This document shows positions 27,243 to 41,165 of a DNA stretch of 64,000 bases, piece after piece. The translations under genes were made by a program, and so were the position numbers. The first letter of the stretch is position 1, and each line of letters begins with the position of its first letter. The notes beneath the pieces were generated by a model. It was not told where the DNA came from, did no database searches, and saw nothing but the letters and a program-made list of their open reading frames with translations. This stretch comes from Octopus sinensis (Eukaryota): contig NC_043014.1 in the NCBI RefSeq assembly GCF_006345805.1, forward strand, positions 19,406,001-19,470,000, given 5' to 3'.

Positions 27243-28459
27243 ATAAATATCTCATTGATTATATATATATATACATATATATACATATATATACACATAC
27301 ATACAATCATACATATATACAATGTATCTGTAAACGTAAACATATATATTATAATATGTGTATATATATATATGTATCTACATGCATACATGCATGTGTA
27401 TATATGGATATAAATATATATACATACACACATTAGTATATATCTTTTGGTAAAGATAGATAGAAATACATTCATACATATATGCATGCATACATATATA
27501 CATCCTTATTCAATGCATAGATTATATAATTAGCCACATGATACGATTGTTAAGATAATGAAGAAAACTTTCATTGAGATAAATTTCTAATCAAGAGAGA
27601 GTGCCATGGATAAATCGAATATATGTGATGAAACAGTTTATACTGTTATCTTAGCAAGCAAGGTATAAAGATAAGCGGAAACAGCACTATTGTTTCCCTT
27701 CTACAAGCAGAGCTATGTCCAATATTACGAGTCAATTTACAAATCATTCTCGTTGGGTAGATACCAGATTATGTGATTGAAAAGGACATGCTTTGCTCAA
27801 AAGATAGACTGCCGGAATGAGCTGAGTATCCCAAGTTTTATTGCAGTTAACGGAGACACTCAAAACGTGTTTACGTCTTACTGGTCACAGAATTTGAAGT
27901 GAGCAGGCACCAGGTTGTTGGTGATGAGAAGCAAATTAATGCAACATTAAGACGATTCATCACCATCACCACCATATTCATCATTATGATTATCACAGAA
28001 TTAACTCAGTCCTGCTTTCATGTGACTGTAAGGGAAGTCTATGTAGAGCTTAGTTAACACCAAACAAACATCGCGATAATATATTGGTGTCATGTGTAGG
28101 TCAAACTTGTGTTTATTCTCATATTCTTGCTCTAATCTGTATGGGGGAAATGGAAACGTTTCATGCACAATGATAAGCAACAGTAGGTCGAACACACGGT
28201 AATCTATACGACACCATATACACAAGTACCGTACAGACACAAGATCATATACCTGCACACTCACACACACTTACATCCATACACATATATATATATATAA
28301 TCTTAAGGCAAAATTTATAAAAGCCACAAAAGTGAAGGAGGGTGCTGGCCAGCACCGCTTATGCTAAAAACAAGAGTTAAATTAACTCTCAAGGCACTTA
28401 ATTTGTTTTATACATACATACACACATACATACTTACATATATATATATATAATATATC

Positions 28460-28490
<31 letters not shown>

Positions 28491-28672
28491 ATATATATAT
28501 ATATATACGTATATATATATTTATACTTTATGAATTCTAGCAACATGCTTGATGTGAAATCGTTAGCTGAAACAGATATTGCTCTGCTTGGGGATGTTCC
28601 TAATCTGTCAATCAAACATATGCACTATAAATTTGGTCTTTACTTCATCATTGTTATTATTTTTCTATCTGT

Positions 28673-28717
28673 CTCAAAGCTCTTTCGTCACACTGATCCT
28701 GTGACCTCTTCAACAAC
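28673..28717 (-). ncRNA. Hammerhead ribozyme-like motif, C3U and weak stem I
   Basis: gttg-TTGAAGA-g-gtcaca-ggatcag-tgtgac-GAAA-gagc-TT-tgag. Perfect 6-bp stem II. Confidence 0.55.
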
Positions 28718-28964
28718 TCTTCATCTCACGTATTTCCTCTTCTTCTACTTACAGCATTTTGTCCTTCTATAGTATGTATCTTTATATGCGCAGTTATTTG
28801 TATTTTGTTTTGTGTGCATGTATGAGTTTGCCTATTTCACTTTCTGTACTCGTAGTTTTTTTTTACTTTATTCGATTATATACTTATTTATCTGTTTATA
28901 CCTACATACATACATACACATACATACATACATATATGTATATATATATATGTATGTATGTATG

Positions 28965-29042
<78 letters not shown>

Positions 29043-29345
29043 TGTCTGTCTGTCTGTATGTGTCTGTGTGTGAAGGTATGAGAGAAGAGAAAAATGAAGA
29101 GTGAGTTGTTTGTGTTTTCGTGAAAGTTACGGAGTGTTAGACTTGTGTAGCTTCTTATACTTTGTGTAGGTTAACAAGATTATTTCATTTGTTCTAAAGT
29201 TTTCTGGCAGCTGATTTATCTTAACATTGCTTTCGCTTGCGTCTGAAATATTTATTTCATTCTGATATATGACTGCGGTCAACAAGTATAGCCGTCTAAC
29301 TATTCAAGCACGAGGAAATAATCCAGCTTAAGAACTCATAATTAC

Positions 29346-29388
<43 letters not shown>

Positions 29389-29481
29389 CTATCTATCTAT
29401 CTATAATCTATCTCTATCTATCTATCTATCTATCTATCTTCTATCTATTCTATATCTATCTATCTATCTATCTATCTATCT

Positions 29482-29564
<83 letters not shown>

Positions 29565-29582
29565 ATATATATATATATAAAT

Positions 29583-29822
29583 TTGTCTCCATTCATCTTC
29601 CCACAAGGCCTCAGACTCAATAGGGAGGCCTACATCAAGTGTCTGGAGGAGGTAGTACTAGCCTGGGTCAACAGGGTGGCTTCTGGAAAACCCTATCTCT
29701 GCAAAAGAACTCATCATCTTACCATGTCACACAAACAGTCATGGCCGTCAGACAATTTCTGCGACCATATCACTCCTAACTTCTGGCCGCCTAACTCTCC
29801 AGTCTCCAACCTCCTTAATTAA
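29583..29822 (+). pseudogene. Tc1/mariner-superfamily transposase fragment (catalytic region)
   Basis: PFIFPQGLRLNREAYIKCLEEVVLAWV..NFCDHITPNFWPPNSP (WPPNSPDLNP-type motif). Confidence 0.85.
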
Positions 29823-29844
29823 TATGTATATATTTGTTTATGGG

Positions 29845-30138
29845 TCCTTTTCAAGCCTAGGCAGGCTCATGGGCCCGGTTTCTCGGTTTCTGTGGCGTAT
29901 GTTCTTCCCCCACTCAGCTGGACGGGACGCCAGTCCATCGCAACGTTACTCAAGAAACAGGAAGAAAGAGTGAAAGAAAGTAGGGGCGAAAGAGTACAAC
30001 AGGGTTCGCTACCACCCACTGCCGGAGCCTCATGGAACTTTAGGTGTTTTCTCTCAATGAACACACCTGATCTGGGAATCGAAACCGCGATCCTCCCACC
30101 GCGAGTCCGCTGCCCTAACCACTGGGCCATTGCGCCCC
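29845..30138 (-). mobile_element. tRNA-derived SINE with Meta-domain-like 3' part
   Basis: Head ggcgcaatggcccagtggttagggcagcggactcgcgg..gtttcgattccc (A and B boxes); 3' part gcgatggactggcgtcccgtccag..acagaaaccg. Confidence 0.75.
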
Positions 30139-30144
30139 CACACG

Positions 30145-30197
<53 letters not shown>

Positions 30198-30636
30198 GAA
30201 TATGTATGTATGTATGTATGTATATATGTAGGTGTGTATGTATGTATCTATGTATATTAATATGTATATGGAGAGAAACAAACAACAGGGAGACGGAGAG
30301 TCAGACAGATGAATTGGATATAATGTACATGAACTACAAAGTTACGATTGCATGCATAGACATAATATATGTAACACTATGGAGATATTGCATAGATATC
30401 CTGTGCATCGGATACCGTGACGATAATCTGATAAGTTAATATCCAACTAGGCTATTATACGTATATATTGTATTAAGCTTCCATCTGATATGAAAGATAA
30501 TTTTTATTTATCTCATATAATTTAGAACCTTAGAGAATTCTCTCGGAAATACAATGATTTCCTGTTTGCATCTTATTGGATGTTTTATACTATAACTTGC
30601 ATGACAGTTCTCTTGTATAGTCAGTAGTAGTAGTAT

Positions 30637-30672
<36 letters not shown>

Positions 30673-31159
30673 GAGGAGGAGGAGGTGGAGGAGTAGGAGG
30701 AGTAGTAGTAGTAGTAGTAGTGGTGGTGGTGGTCGTGGTGGTGGTGGTGGTCGTGGTCGTGGTGTTGGTGTTGGTGTTGGTGGTGGTCGTGGTAGTCGTG
30801 TTGGATGTGAAGGTAGTACTAGTAGGCGGAGAAGTAGAAGCAGAGGTGCCGTTTGTAATGGTAGTAGTAGTGGTCATAATGTTTGTAATAGTAGCAGTGG
30901 TAGTAATAGTTGTAGAAGTAGTAGTAATTTATTACATCTAGTAGTAGTAAATAATAATGATTTCTAGTTTAGCGACCATAACGAACATTTTACAAAGCGG
31001 TCACAGGTTAATGACATCTTCTTCTGCAAATGAACGAATTGAAAGACTACTAAATTCTGTTCAGTCTGACATTTTAACATTACTGTTAAATAATTATGTT
31101 GTGTACGATAATTAAATGGTGAATGAAATGAAGAAGGGGGGGAGAACGGAAATAATAGG

Positions 31160-31300
31160 CAGTGGTTTTGCTTTCCAAGTAAACGGTTCCAGGTTCAGTT
31201 CCACTATGCGACACCTATGGCAAATGTCTTTTTGTATAGCCGCGTGCCGCCTAAACCGCATGAGTGGATTTGGTAGACGGAAAGTGAAAGAGTCCCGTCG
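31160..31300 (+). mobile_element. SINE family B head, decayed
   Basis: ggttccaggttcagttccact..ggatttggtagacggaaagtgaaagagtcccgtcg. Confidence 0.7.
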
Positions 31301-31437
31301 AGTGTGTGTGTATGTATATATATATATATATAATATATATATATATATATCAGTCAGGCGGACGTTAACAAAGCAACACCGATTGTCATGCGATGGTGGA
31401 GAAAAACAACAAGCGCTTACACAGACATACATGCATG

Positions 31438-31474
<37 letters not shown>

Positions 31475-31533
31475 CGCCATGGTAGATCGTTAGCCATTAC
31501 ACGCAATTTTTTCTCTCCTTGTTTTTTGTGTCC

Positions 31534-31569
31534 CTTTCTGTAGAAGAGCGTAGGCTCGAAACGTAAAAG
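31534..31569 (+). ncRNA. Minimal hammerhead-like motif with A6U core
   Basis: cttt-CTGTAGA-a-gagc-gtag-gctc-GAAA-cg-TA-aaag. Lies within an element of about 31474-31600, with a second copy at about 49170-49310. Confidence 0.6.
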
Positions 31570-33084
31570 ACTTTTTCAATTCCTGAGCGTTATACTAATA
31601 TATACTAATAAATATATACACACACAATCATACTTACATACATATATACACAAGTAGGTATATATGTATGTAAGTATGATTGTGTGTGTGTGTGTATGTG
31701 TGTGAGTGGTCCTTTCCGTCCCCCATTGCCTGACAATCTGTGTTGGCGTGTTTACGTAAGCCCTTCAAGGCGGTGTTCAAGCCCTTCAAGCCCTTCAAGG
31801 CGGTGTTCCAGCATGTCTACTGTTCGTAGCTATTGAGGTTGCATGAACGCCGCATGGCCAAATCATTCAGGTGTTTGCTTTATAATCAGTTGATCACCGG
31901 TTCGATTCTACTGCGTGATTGAGAGTCCAGGTGCCCGAGTATTACGCTTGGAATAAGGTAAGTAGAAAGTGTGTAGAAGCTCGTCAGAGGGACTCTACGT
32001 GTAGTTCAAAGGTCTAACTGTATCGCACTGTCACACTGATTCTATTTACGAATGCATGCATCATATATGATACGCATCTCCCAATTTTACCAGAAACTTG
32101 GAACTTACGAAAGTTAAGCTTTATATTACTCAGAACGTATGAAAAAAGAGCTTCTTAAAGTCTGAACAAAAGCATAAACCTTTAGGACAAACAGATTGCT
32201 TTGGACAAGCAAACGGTTGGTACTTAGTGCTGCCGGTGATGATGATTATGACACCGAGGACAACGATGACGAAGACGACAACACTGGGACGGGGTTGTTG
32301 CCATAAGCAAAGTAGAAACAACTTTCCTTTTGTTTGTCCCTTTGCTTATAATCTGATTCATCTCTTGCTCGAGTGAAATGAAATTTGGCCCTTGACTATC
32401 TAGACCTTTTGAATAACCATATCCCCGTCGTACACGTATTATTCTTTTCTCAAAATGACAGTAAATGTGATTTCAAACATCAACAATTTCCATTCGAGTT
32501 AAGCGTCGACGTCTTAAGTATTAGTGGAGATGAAGCATGTGTTAGTCAAGGTGGTAATGTGGTTGGTGCTGGTGGAAATGTTTGTAGCGGCGACGGCGAT
32601 CACAAAGTGATACGCGCACCTCTGTATCACGAACTGAAGTAGTGGGAAACATCATATCCATATATTGAGAGGAATTCTTTGGGGCTTGAATAATTCGCCT
32701 CTGGAAACATGGGTGTTTCGTTCAACATCCTCAAACAACCCTAATTCAGGGGCCCTTTGAGCGGAATGAGCTACTCGATCTGAAGAAAACTCTACCTGGA
32801 CCCCACCTGCAAGATCATGCGCTGTTCATTTTGATATGAGATCATCATGTCGCGCATATATCGTTGTGATGCATATAATAATCAAGGATTGGAAAAACAA
32901 GTATCTACATATTGATAGACACTGCTACGACTACTACGTCACAAGCACCACCAAGACCATTACTGCTCCTCCTACTACTAGTACTACCACCACCACCACC
33001 ACCACCATCACCACCACTACTATTACTACATCACCACCACCAATATTACTACAAATAATCAAAATATTGTACGAAAAGAAGTGA

Positions 33085-33290
33085 AGAAATTGTGAAAGCA
33101 CAAAGATGTTAAAATTGAAGTATTCAAGTTGAGGGGCTTGAAGGTGAACAACAATACCGGTAATGCTTGGAGCATTTGCGAACAATAATAAAATACGTAT
33201 GAATGAAAACTCAGAAGCTGGACTCTGAACACTACGTTCTATTCAAAACGTTTCCCAACTAGGAACAGCCCACCTCCTACGCAATACAAA
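33085..33290 (+). pseudogene. 3' end of an RLE-type LINE ORF
   Basis: LKIEVFKL..TTIPVMLGAF..LGTAHLLRN, typical of the C-terminus of R4/Dong-like elements. Confidence 0.6.
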
Positions 33291-33619
33291 CCAAATTAAA
33301 CAATCCACAAACACAGGAGACACTCGATAGGGTAAATATCCAAGGAAATAAAAAACCTCTACAACATGTACACTATAGTTTGGAGGCCCAACTAAATAGC
33401 ACAACTCGCATTACACACACAATACAATACGAAGATTAATACAAGAAAAGACTCAAGCCAAAGCTCATAACGGAGCAGTTGATGAAATACAATGTCGGGA
33501 AGAGTTTGTATCCCGCCCCTCCTCCTCAAAACAATGAAGGAAAGATAACCAAGGGCACACATTGCTGCGCAGAGTATAAATTTGCTTGAAGCTATGAAAC
33601 GCCGAATAATAATGGTTTC

Positions 33620-33802
33620 AAATTTTTGCAAGATGCCAGAAATTTCAGGAGAGAAAATAAGTCGTTTACATCGACCCCTGTAGGAAGGCGATACTTATTT
33701 CATGGATTCGTAAGGATAACCGGCAAAGTCGACCTTAACATCATTACGAACTAAATACCGCTACGAATTTTACCTGGCGAGCTAACGATGCTGCCAGCTC
33801 GG
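33620..33802 (-). mobile_element. SINE family A, decayed
   Basis: ggcaaagtcgacc..aaataccgctacgaattttacctggcgagctaacgatgctgccagctc. Confidence 0.65.
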
Positions 33803-34839
33803 GATGATGATGATGATGAGGGGTGGAGTGGGGGAAGGGAGAAGGAGGGGAATATGAGTGTAGGAGGTGAATATGAGGGTGAGGAAGGTAGGGGGTAGGA
33901 TGGGAAGAAAAAGAAGAAGAAGAAGAAGAAGAAGAAGAAGAAGGAGAAGAAGAAGGAGAAGAGAAGAGAGAAGAAGAAGAAGAAGAAGAAGAAGAAGAAG
34001 AAAAGAAGAAGAGAGGAAGAAGAAGAAGAAGAAGAAGAAGAAGAAGAGAAGAAGAAGAAGAAGAAGAAGAAGAAGAAGAAGAAGAAGAAGAAGAAGAAGG
34101 AAATACATTATTTTCCCATGCCTCAAGAAGTAGAGGCATTCAAAACATTCTTCCATAAATGCATAACAATGAAACACACTTCGCTTCGCTGCAGATCGCT
34201 TCACATTTTAGAAGCAGGTGACTATCAAATCTTTATTAAATATGAATAAGCCATTAGGAAAATGTGTTACAAATGTTAAATGAATACGTCCTGTGGCGCC
34301 CAATATATGCCTCATATAGAGAATTCTAGTCATTTGTTTCAACAATGGAATACTATCCATTACTCAAGCCCATGCATTTCGCCTTTGTCTTCTCTCCTTG
34401 TCATTCATTTTATCAAATCGCTTTGTTAGTTGGTAGAGCAGAGTCCATGATACGATTTTAGACCTCCAAGGATGATAAAAGGACGTTATCTGTGGACAAT
34501 GCACCTCACAGAATATCTTCAGCCAGCTGGATTCAGAAGTTTTTGCTGGCGTTCATAATCCTACATTCCCTAAACTTAATATTCTCCTATTCCTGATTTT
34601 TATGAAAGTTTTATCGGTCACGGAAATTTGGACACACTGTCTTGAAGGACTTTAATCGAATGATCGACTCGACTGCTGATTTTTTAAAGCCTCCTACTTA
34701 TTCTCTCGCTTTCTTTTGCCGAACGTAAATAAATCAACCCCAGTTGCCAAGCAGGGCAGACAACAAACAAAAATACACATGCACGCATGTATATATATAT
34801 ATGAGAAAGGACTGCATGCGATGCTACATGTATTTAGAC

Positions 34840-35715
34840 ATGTAACCTTACAATGCAACTGCGTATAACCAAAATGTACCAACGAATACTGTTCAATATC
34901 CGAGTTAGGCCTAGCCATTTCCTAATGAACTCATTGCACTTTTGTTCAATGACTTGAACGCGTGACAGTGCTACCTCGTATATTAAAAGTGGCCACGAAA
35001 GTTGCGGATTTAAGCTAAACTGTAAGCACCACATTTTATATTACCTGGTAGCTTTGGGTTATCAATTGTTGTTAATCCATCCTCGGCAAGTTACATAATT
35101 TGCAGCCCGCAACTCCGATCTGACAATGTTCCAGCGTATACTCGTCCCAAGCTCTTGACGGGTTCTTCCTTGAGTGTTGGAATGCTTTCTTCAGCTATTT
35201 GAGACTTTACTTCTTTTTGTACTCCCTTAATAAATGTCAGATTACGCGACTCTTTTGCTCTGAATCGCATCCTTGATCACTTCACAAGCTCCTCTAGCCT
35301 TAAGAGGGCACTCAGAATGATTTGATTGTCTGTTGATTGAAGTGTCACGCCATCCAAAATTTTCTCCACGACTAAAATATACCACGTGAAAAATATAAGT
35401 GCAGCTAGCAGCAATGCCAATCTCCAATCGGTGCCAAACTATTGTAAAATTTCCAGCTGTAAGCTTATGTCAAAACTGTCATAGTATACACCCATTAATC
35501 TTGTTACTTTGTCTGGAATATGGAAGTTGTCCATGGCTCTCCTCAGGAATTCGTGTGGCACTGAGTCATATGCATTAGCTAGATCAAACCATACCACGTG
35601 CACACTCGCCTTGTTCTGTTTGACATCCTGGATCGCTTTTCAAATAAAAAAAACAATGCTCAACGCATCCAGGGATCCCAGGAACATATTCATCAACATA
35701 TCCACTACTCTGTAA
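34840..35715 (-). pseudogene. Reverse transcriptase fragment of an R2/NeSL-like LINE
   Basis: PGIPGCVEH, VVWFDLANAYDSVPHEFLRRAMD, EIGIAASCT and FIRKWLGL in broken frames. Confidence 0.85.
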
Positions 35716-35719
35716 ATAT

Positions 35720-36292
35720 GCCACTGTTCTCTTTCTTTCATCGCTCTAATTTCCTCTGGTATCTCCCTTGTAACTATCCCCCACTCTCTCTTTATCTTGT
35801 TCCTTCCCTAATTCTTCAATCCCTCTGCTCCCTACCTTTATCTGTTCTTCCCACGTGATATTTCTTTCTTGGCTTAACCGCCGCTCGCACAACAGCTTAC
35901 CTTCCTGACTCCTGTTTGTTACCGTAACGCTTCCACTTTATACGCCAACTTAACTTAACTTGTCCTTTTAGTCGAAAGACACCTGTTGTTATTCTTGTTG
36001 TTTGTATTTGTAATCGTGTAACATTTTCTCCGTTTTCTCGTTTTTTTTTCCATGTTGTCATACATATTCGCTTCCTTTCTTCCAAAAATTTGATGCTCTC
36101 AGCTTAGATTTTTGTGGCCTACTAAGTTTGAAGGTTTTAAAGTCTAATAGGCCGAAACTGTAGTGGTAATTGGAATCTTGACTGATGAAAGCGACGAATG
36201 TTCTGTCCTGGTTTTCCTGTCCAACTTTGTATCATTCATCTCTCTATATGTTTTCTTTGTCATCCGTTACGTTCCCGTTCCGTTTTTTAGGG
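35720..36292 (+). mobile_element. Pyrimidine-rich element resembling the 20971-22748 unit (pLTR-like)
   Basis: CT-rich tract, then ggccta..taggccGAAActgtagt..cttgaCTGATGAaagc..tgtcctg, ending at (TA)n. Confidence 0.4.
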
Positions 36293-36390
36293 ATTTATAT
36301 ATACAATATATATATGTATATAATATATATATATATATATATATAGATATAGATAGATAGATATATAGATAGAGAGAGAGAGAGAGAGAG

Positions 36391-36444
<54 letters not shown>

Positions 36445-36453
36445 GCAGGTAGG

Positions 36454-36526
<73 letters not shown>

Positions 36527-36568
36527 GATAGATAGATAGATAGATAGATAAACACACACATACACACA

Positions 36569-36774
36569 CGTGGCGTGCTGAAACATTCCTGGCTTGAAGG
36601 GTACCGAAAAAGGCCTGGTTGGAGGCCCAAAATTCCGAGTTCTTTTACAGGCTTAGAAATAAATGAAGGACTGCAATAGGTATTAATCTGAGAAGGGGAT
36701 ATGTTAAAATCATAAATAACTGGCCCTCCTATATTTTCTTTTATCCAAGGCCGAGAAATTTTCAGCACCCCTCG
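36569..36774. mobile_element. mariner-type MITE
   Basis: Imperfect TIRs cgtggcgtgctgaaacattcctggc / gccgagaaattttcagcacccctcg, followed by TA. Confidence 0.7.
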
Positions 36775-37119
36775 TATATATATACATGCTTACATAGAGA
36801 TCCATACGTATGTGTGTTTGCCTTTGTGTGCGCATGTGTGTTTGTGTTTCTGTTTCTGTTTGCGTGTGTATGTAAGCATGCGACTTTGTATGTCTCTGTG
36901 CATCCGTGTTGATGTTAAATATGAAGCATATGTCTTATGAATGTATTCGTCGATCAGGCTTTGTGCTTCCTAACCTAGCGGCTATAATGAAAATAGGACA
37001 TATGGGCGATGAGCATTAGACACAGACTATTGATATGATTTTAATATCGGCAAAATTTGATACGATAAAATGGAAAAACAGAACCATATTTGTTGAAACT
37101 GTAATGCTTGTCAGAAAAA

Positions 37120-38600
37120 TCTGTATGTATGTATGTATGTATGTATGTATGTATGTATGTATATATATGTATATATGTGTGTGTATGTGTGTGTGTGTGT
37201 ATGTGTGCGTGTGTGTGCGTGTTGGAGTATGTCTGTTAGAGTATATACTTATACGTATGCACACTACTCCGTCTTCATCACTGACACTGCAAAATGCTAT
37301 TACTATGTCGATACGCTGTTATCTAATATACAGTCGGCAGGCTATGAATATCTAAGCCATTTTTTCGTTCTGTCTGTGTACTTCTGATATATTATCTTTT
37401 ATGGCACAACGCTGACCTGCATTAAATAATATAATGAATATTCACATGTCAACGGCAAACATTGAAGTTGATGCAATTTTGACGAGATGAGCGAGCTCTC
37501 TAGTAAGAAAGTGATTTTCGATTGTGTATATAGGCGCAGGCGAGGCTGTTATGTCAAGGAAGTTACTTCTCGACCACATAGTACCCGGTTCAGTTCCATT
37601 GCATGATACCTTGGGCAAGACTCTTTTCTCTATAGTCTGGTGTGGACCAAGGCCTTGTGAATGATTTGGAAAATGAAACTGAAAGAAGCTTGTCGTATGT
37701 ATGTAGTATGTATGTATGTATGTTGTATGTATGTATGTATATATATACATATATATGTATCTATATACACATATATATACATGTATGTATATATATACAT
37801 ATATATGTATCTATATACACATATATATACATGTATGTATATATATACATATATATGTATCTATATACACATATATATACATGTATGTATATATATACAT
37901 ATATATGTATCTATATACACATATATATACATGTATGTATATATATGTATATATGTGTGTGTATGTGTGTGTGTGTGTGTATGTGTGCGTGTGTGTGCGT
38001 GTTGGAGTATGTCTGTTAGAGTATATACTTATACGTATGCACACTACTCCGTCTTCATCACTGACACTGCAAAATGCTATTACTATGTCGATACGCTGTT
38101 ATCTAATATACAGTCGGCAGGCTATGAATATCTAAGCCATTTTTTCGTTCTGTCTGTGTACTTCTGATATATTATCTTTTATGGCACAACGCTGACCTGC
38201 ATTAAATAATATAATGAATATTCACATGTCAACGGCAAACATTGAAGTTGATGCAATTTTGACGAGATGAGCGAGCTCTCTAGTAAGAAAGTGATTTTCG
38301 ATTGTGTATATAGGCGCAGGCGAGGCTGTTATGTCAAGGAAGTTACTTCTCGACCACATAGTACCCGGTTCAGTTCCATTGCATGATACCTTGGGCAAGA
38401 CTCTTTTCTCTATAGTCTGGTGTGGACCAAGGCCTTGTGAATGAATTTGGAAAATGAAACTGAAAGAAGCTTGTCGTATGTATGTAAGTATATATGTATT
38501 TATTTATGTATGTATGTATGTATATATATACATATATATGTATCTATATACACATATATATACATGTATGTATATATATGTATATATGTGTGTGTATGTG
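37120..38600. repeat. 780-bp direct duplication with internal 50-bp minisatellite; each copy holds a SINE B head
   Basis: 37201-37700 is essentially identical to 37981-38480. A 50-bp unit is repeated 4 times at 37741-37940. Confidence 0.9.
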
Positions 38601-39104
38601 TGTGTGTGTGTGTGTGGTGTGTGTGTGTGTGTGTGTGTGTGTGTCCTGTGTGTATGTCTTTGAGTTGTCTCTGTTTATCCACCACCACCCATTAGCAAAA
38701 GGTGTCGGTGTGTTAACATCCTCGTAGATTAGCGTTTCGGCACATTTTGGGGGTTTGGGCTTATTTTATTACAATATTTATGTGTAAATTTTCATAAATG
38801 TTCGTCTGAGTAAAATTCTACGCATGCATGAAACATCGGATGAAAGTGAAACATTAGAAGCAAATCGAAATATTGTACGAAAATGATCTCAAATTTGTGC
38901 GACCCACCCTAGTTGCCGAGATTATTTTAGTTGTAAGAAAGAGTCCAAAACATAGTTTATTTGAGAGATAGATAAATAGCAGCTTTCTTTATTGTAATAC
39001 AGATATGACTAATTTGGAGAAACATTACTTTCGTTATTTACACATCATCACTCTCATAATGCAACACTGTAATTTTGGTTCAAATTGAAAGTGTGAAACT
39101 ATTT

Positions 39105-39520
39105 TCATTTTCTAATGAAACCTGGTCGTTGTTGAGAATGGTATTTCAAATGACTATAGCTGGTTGTTGAGATAACGTAGAAAATATGTAATTGAAAATA
39201 AAGTTTATTTGACATGTGTAATTGATTTGATTGTTCTGGTCTTAACATCAAATGATAGGAACAGAAGTCATTTAACGACACCTTTTTGTTTGTAATTGGC
39301 TCTCCTTTTATAGGTTCAATCCGTGGAGTATTGAAATGATACACATCTTGACCAATCCACAGAATAAGAGTATACTGGATATCATCAGAAGAGGGATGGG
39401 TCTGTGAAACAGGTTTAAGGTTGGTATCTCGAATACGTAAGAGAATATCATAATTGTCAATGGGATCACCAACCATAAGAATGGCTACTTCATTAGATGT
39501 GGGCTCATCAATAAAGCGCA
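39105..39520 (-). pseudogene. Helitron Rep-helicase N-terminal fragment
   Basis: EPTSNEVAILMVG..DILLR..LKPVSQTHPSSDDIQYTLILWIGQDVYHFN..KKVSLNDFCSYHLMLR. Confidence 0.85.
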
Positions 39521-40759
39521 AAATTTTTTTACTATAATTTACTATAGATGTAACGCACGCAGAAACACACACACTGACACACACACACACACACACACAT
39601 AATTGATAATACTGAAAACAACAAAACGTACACACACGAGGATCAAACGAAACGAAATGTAGTCAATAGAAGTACAAAACATAATCTCTGTAGCATAGTA
39701 GTGCTATAAGAAAATGGCAAGTCACCAATTAAGCAAAAGTTAGTATGCGTCACCAATGTAAGAAAGTACAGAAAAATCAACCTTTATTCGGAACATGTAC
39801 TAAATATTATAAAATTCACGATTGAATGAATGTCACGGTGGGGAAAGTGAAAGTCCAAGAAAATTCAGGAGACATAATTCAATTTTTCATACAGAAATAA
39901 TATATTTTACAATTTTGAAACGAACGCTGAACCAAGTGTATAGAAAGGAAGATACTGCTGTTGCGAACGTTAATTTAAAATATTTGCTGAAGGATCTATA
40001 TAGCAAAATATGAATTACTTTGATACTACTATAAATTTTTTAACTGTGTAACATTATAGGCTGTAAAAGGGTTGTGCGAAGTTGATACTCACGGTGATGA
40101 AGAGGGCATAGGAGGAATACAAGACTGTTGAAAAGAAAACATTAACTCGAAACTGGTTAGAAAGAGTGGAATAACATTTCTGTAATTATATTGAAAGATC
40201 CGCTGAGGCTTTCTACTTCGCCAAATTTCTGAATTTGTTATAAGCAGAATAACATTTTTTTCCCGATATATTTGCGAGTATTGTGAGTGGTGTTAAATCA
40301 GCTAAATATTCATGTTGGTAGTACTTGAAAGTGGACCTTGTTGTCCGTTTAAAGTCTAATCCGCAAGTAAAATTTCAATATCGGACCGTTTCACTGAAGG
40401 AGCGGAGGAAAGTTATATACATAAACTAAGGCACACACACATACATTAGCGCACACCTGAAGCCTATCTCTGGCCTTTTGTGTGCCTGTTTCTGTCTTTA
40501 TGTGTGTGCGTATGCCAGTCGTTACAAAAATGTATGTATACTGACAGACACATACACCGTTACACAGATATACTTGTCAGTCATCGGCCTAACGTAAGTA
40601 ACGAACGCTCGAACACACCCACCTGAAAAAATGTGAGGTTACCTTCGTTGTAGTGGTGATATAAACAGTCGTTTCAGATAGGTGATTAAAAGACAAATGA
40701 TAATGTTAAATTTATGTAATGCAAATATGCAAATGAAAATATAGTTTAGTTGGTAGTTT

Positions 40760-41165
40760 ATTGAGTAGATAGAAAATAAGCAGCATTTATTATTAATAAT
40801 ACAGATGTGACTAATTTGGAGAAACATTACTTTCATTATTCACACATCGTCACTCTCGTAATGCAACACTTTCTAATTTTGGTTCAAACTGAAAGTGTGA
40901 AACTATTTTCATTTTCTAATGAAACCTGGTCGTTGTATTATTCTGGTCTTAACAGAAGTCATTTGACAACACCTTCTTGTTTGTAATTAGCTATGTTGTT
41001 GCAGGTTCTATCCGTCGAATACTTAAATGATATCCATCTTGTCCATTCGAGATCACGATAAGAGGGATGAGTCTGTGAAACAGGTTTAAGGTTGTTATCT
41101 CGAGCACGTATGAGGATATGATTTTCATGTGGATCACCAACCATAACAATGGCCACTTCATTCTG
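40760..41165 (-). pseudogene. Second, more decayed copy of the same Helitron fragment and flank
   Basis: NEVAIVMVGDPHENHILIRARDNNLKPVSQTHPSY; flank 40770-40935 matches 38965-39132. Confidence 0.8.

Noticed and set aside
30060-30138. tRNA-like sequences as real tRNA genes (also 7132-7192, 43978-44050)
   Set aside because: Acceptor and T stems are incomplete and each continues into a SINE body.
31758-31810. Short aagcccttc/aaggcggtgttc reiteration
   Set aside because: A local slippage duplication inside a SINE tail.
37741-37940. Regular 50-bp repeats as a CRISPR-like array
   Set aside because: Contiguous units without spacers in eukaryotic DNA; this is a minisatellite.
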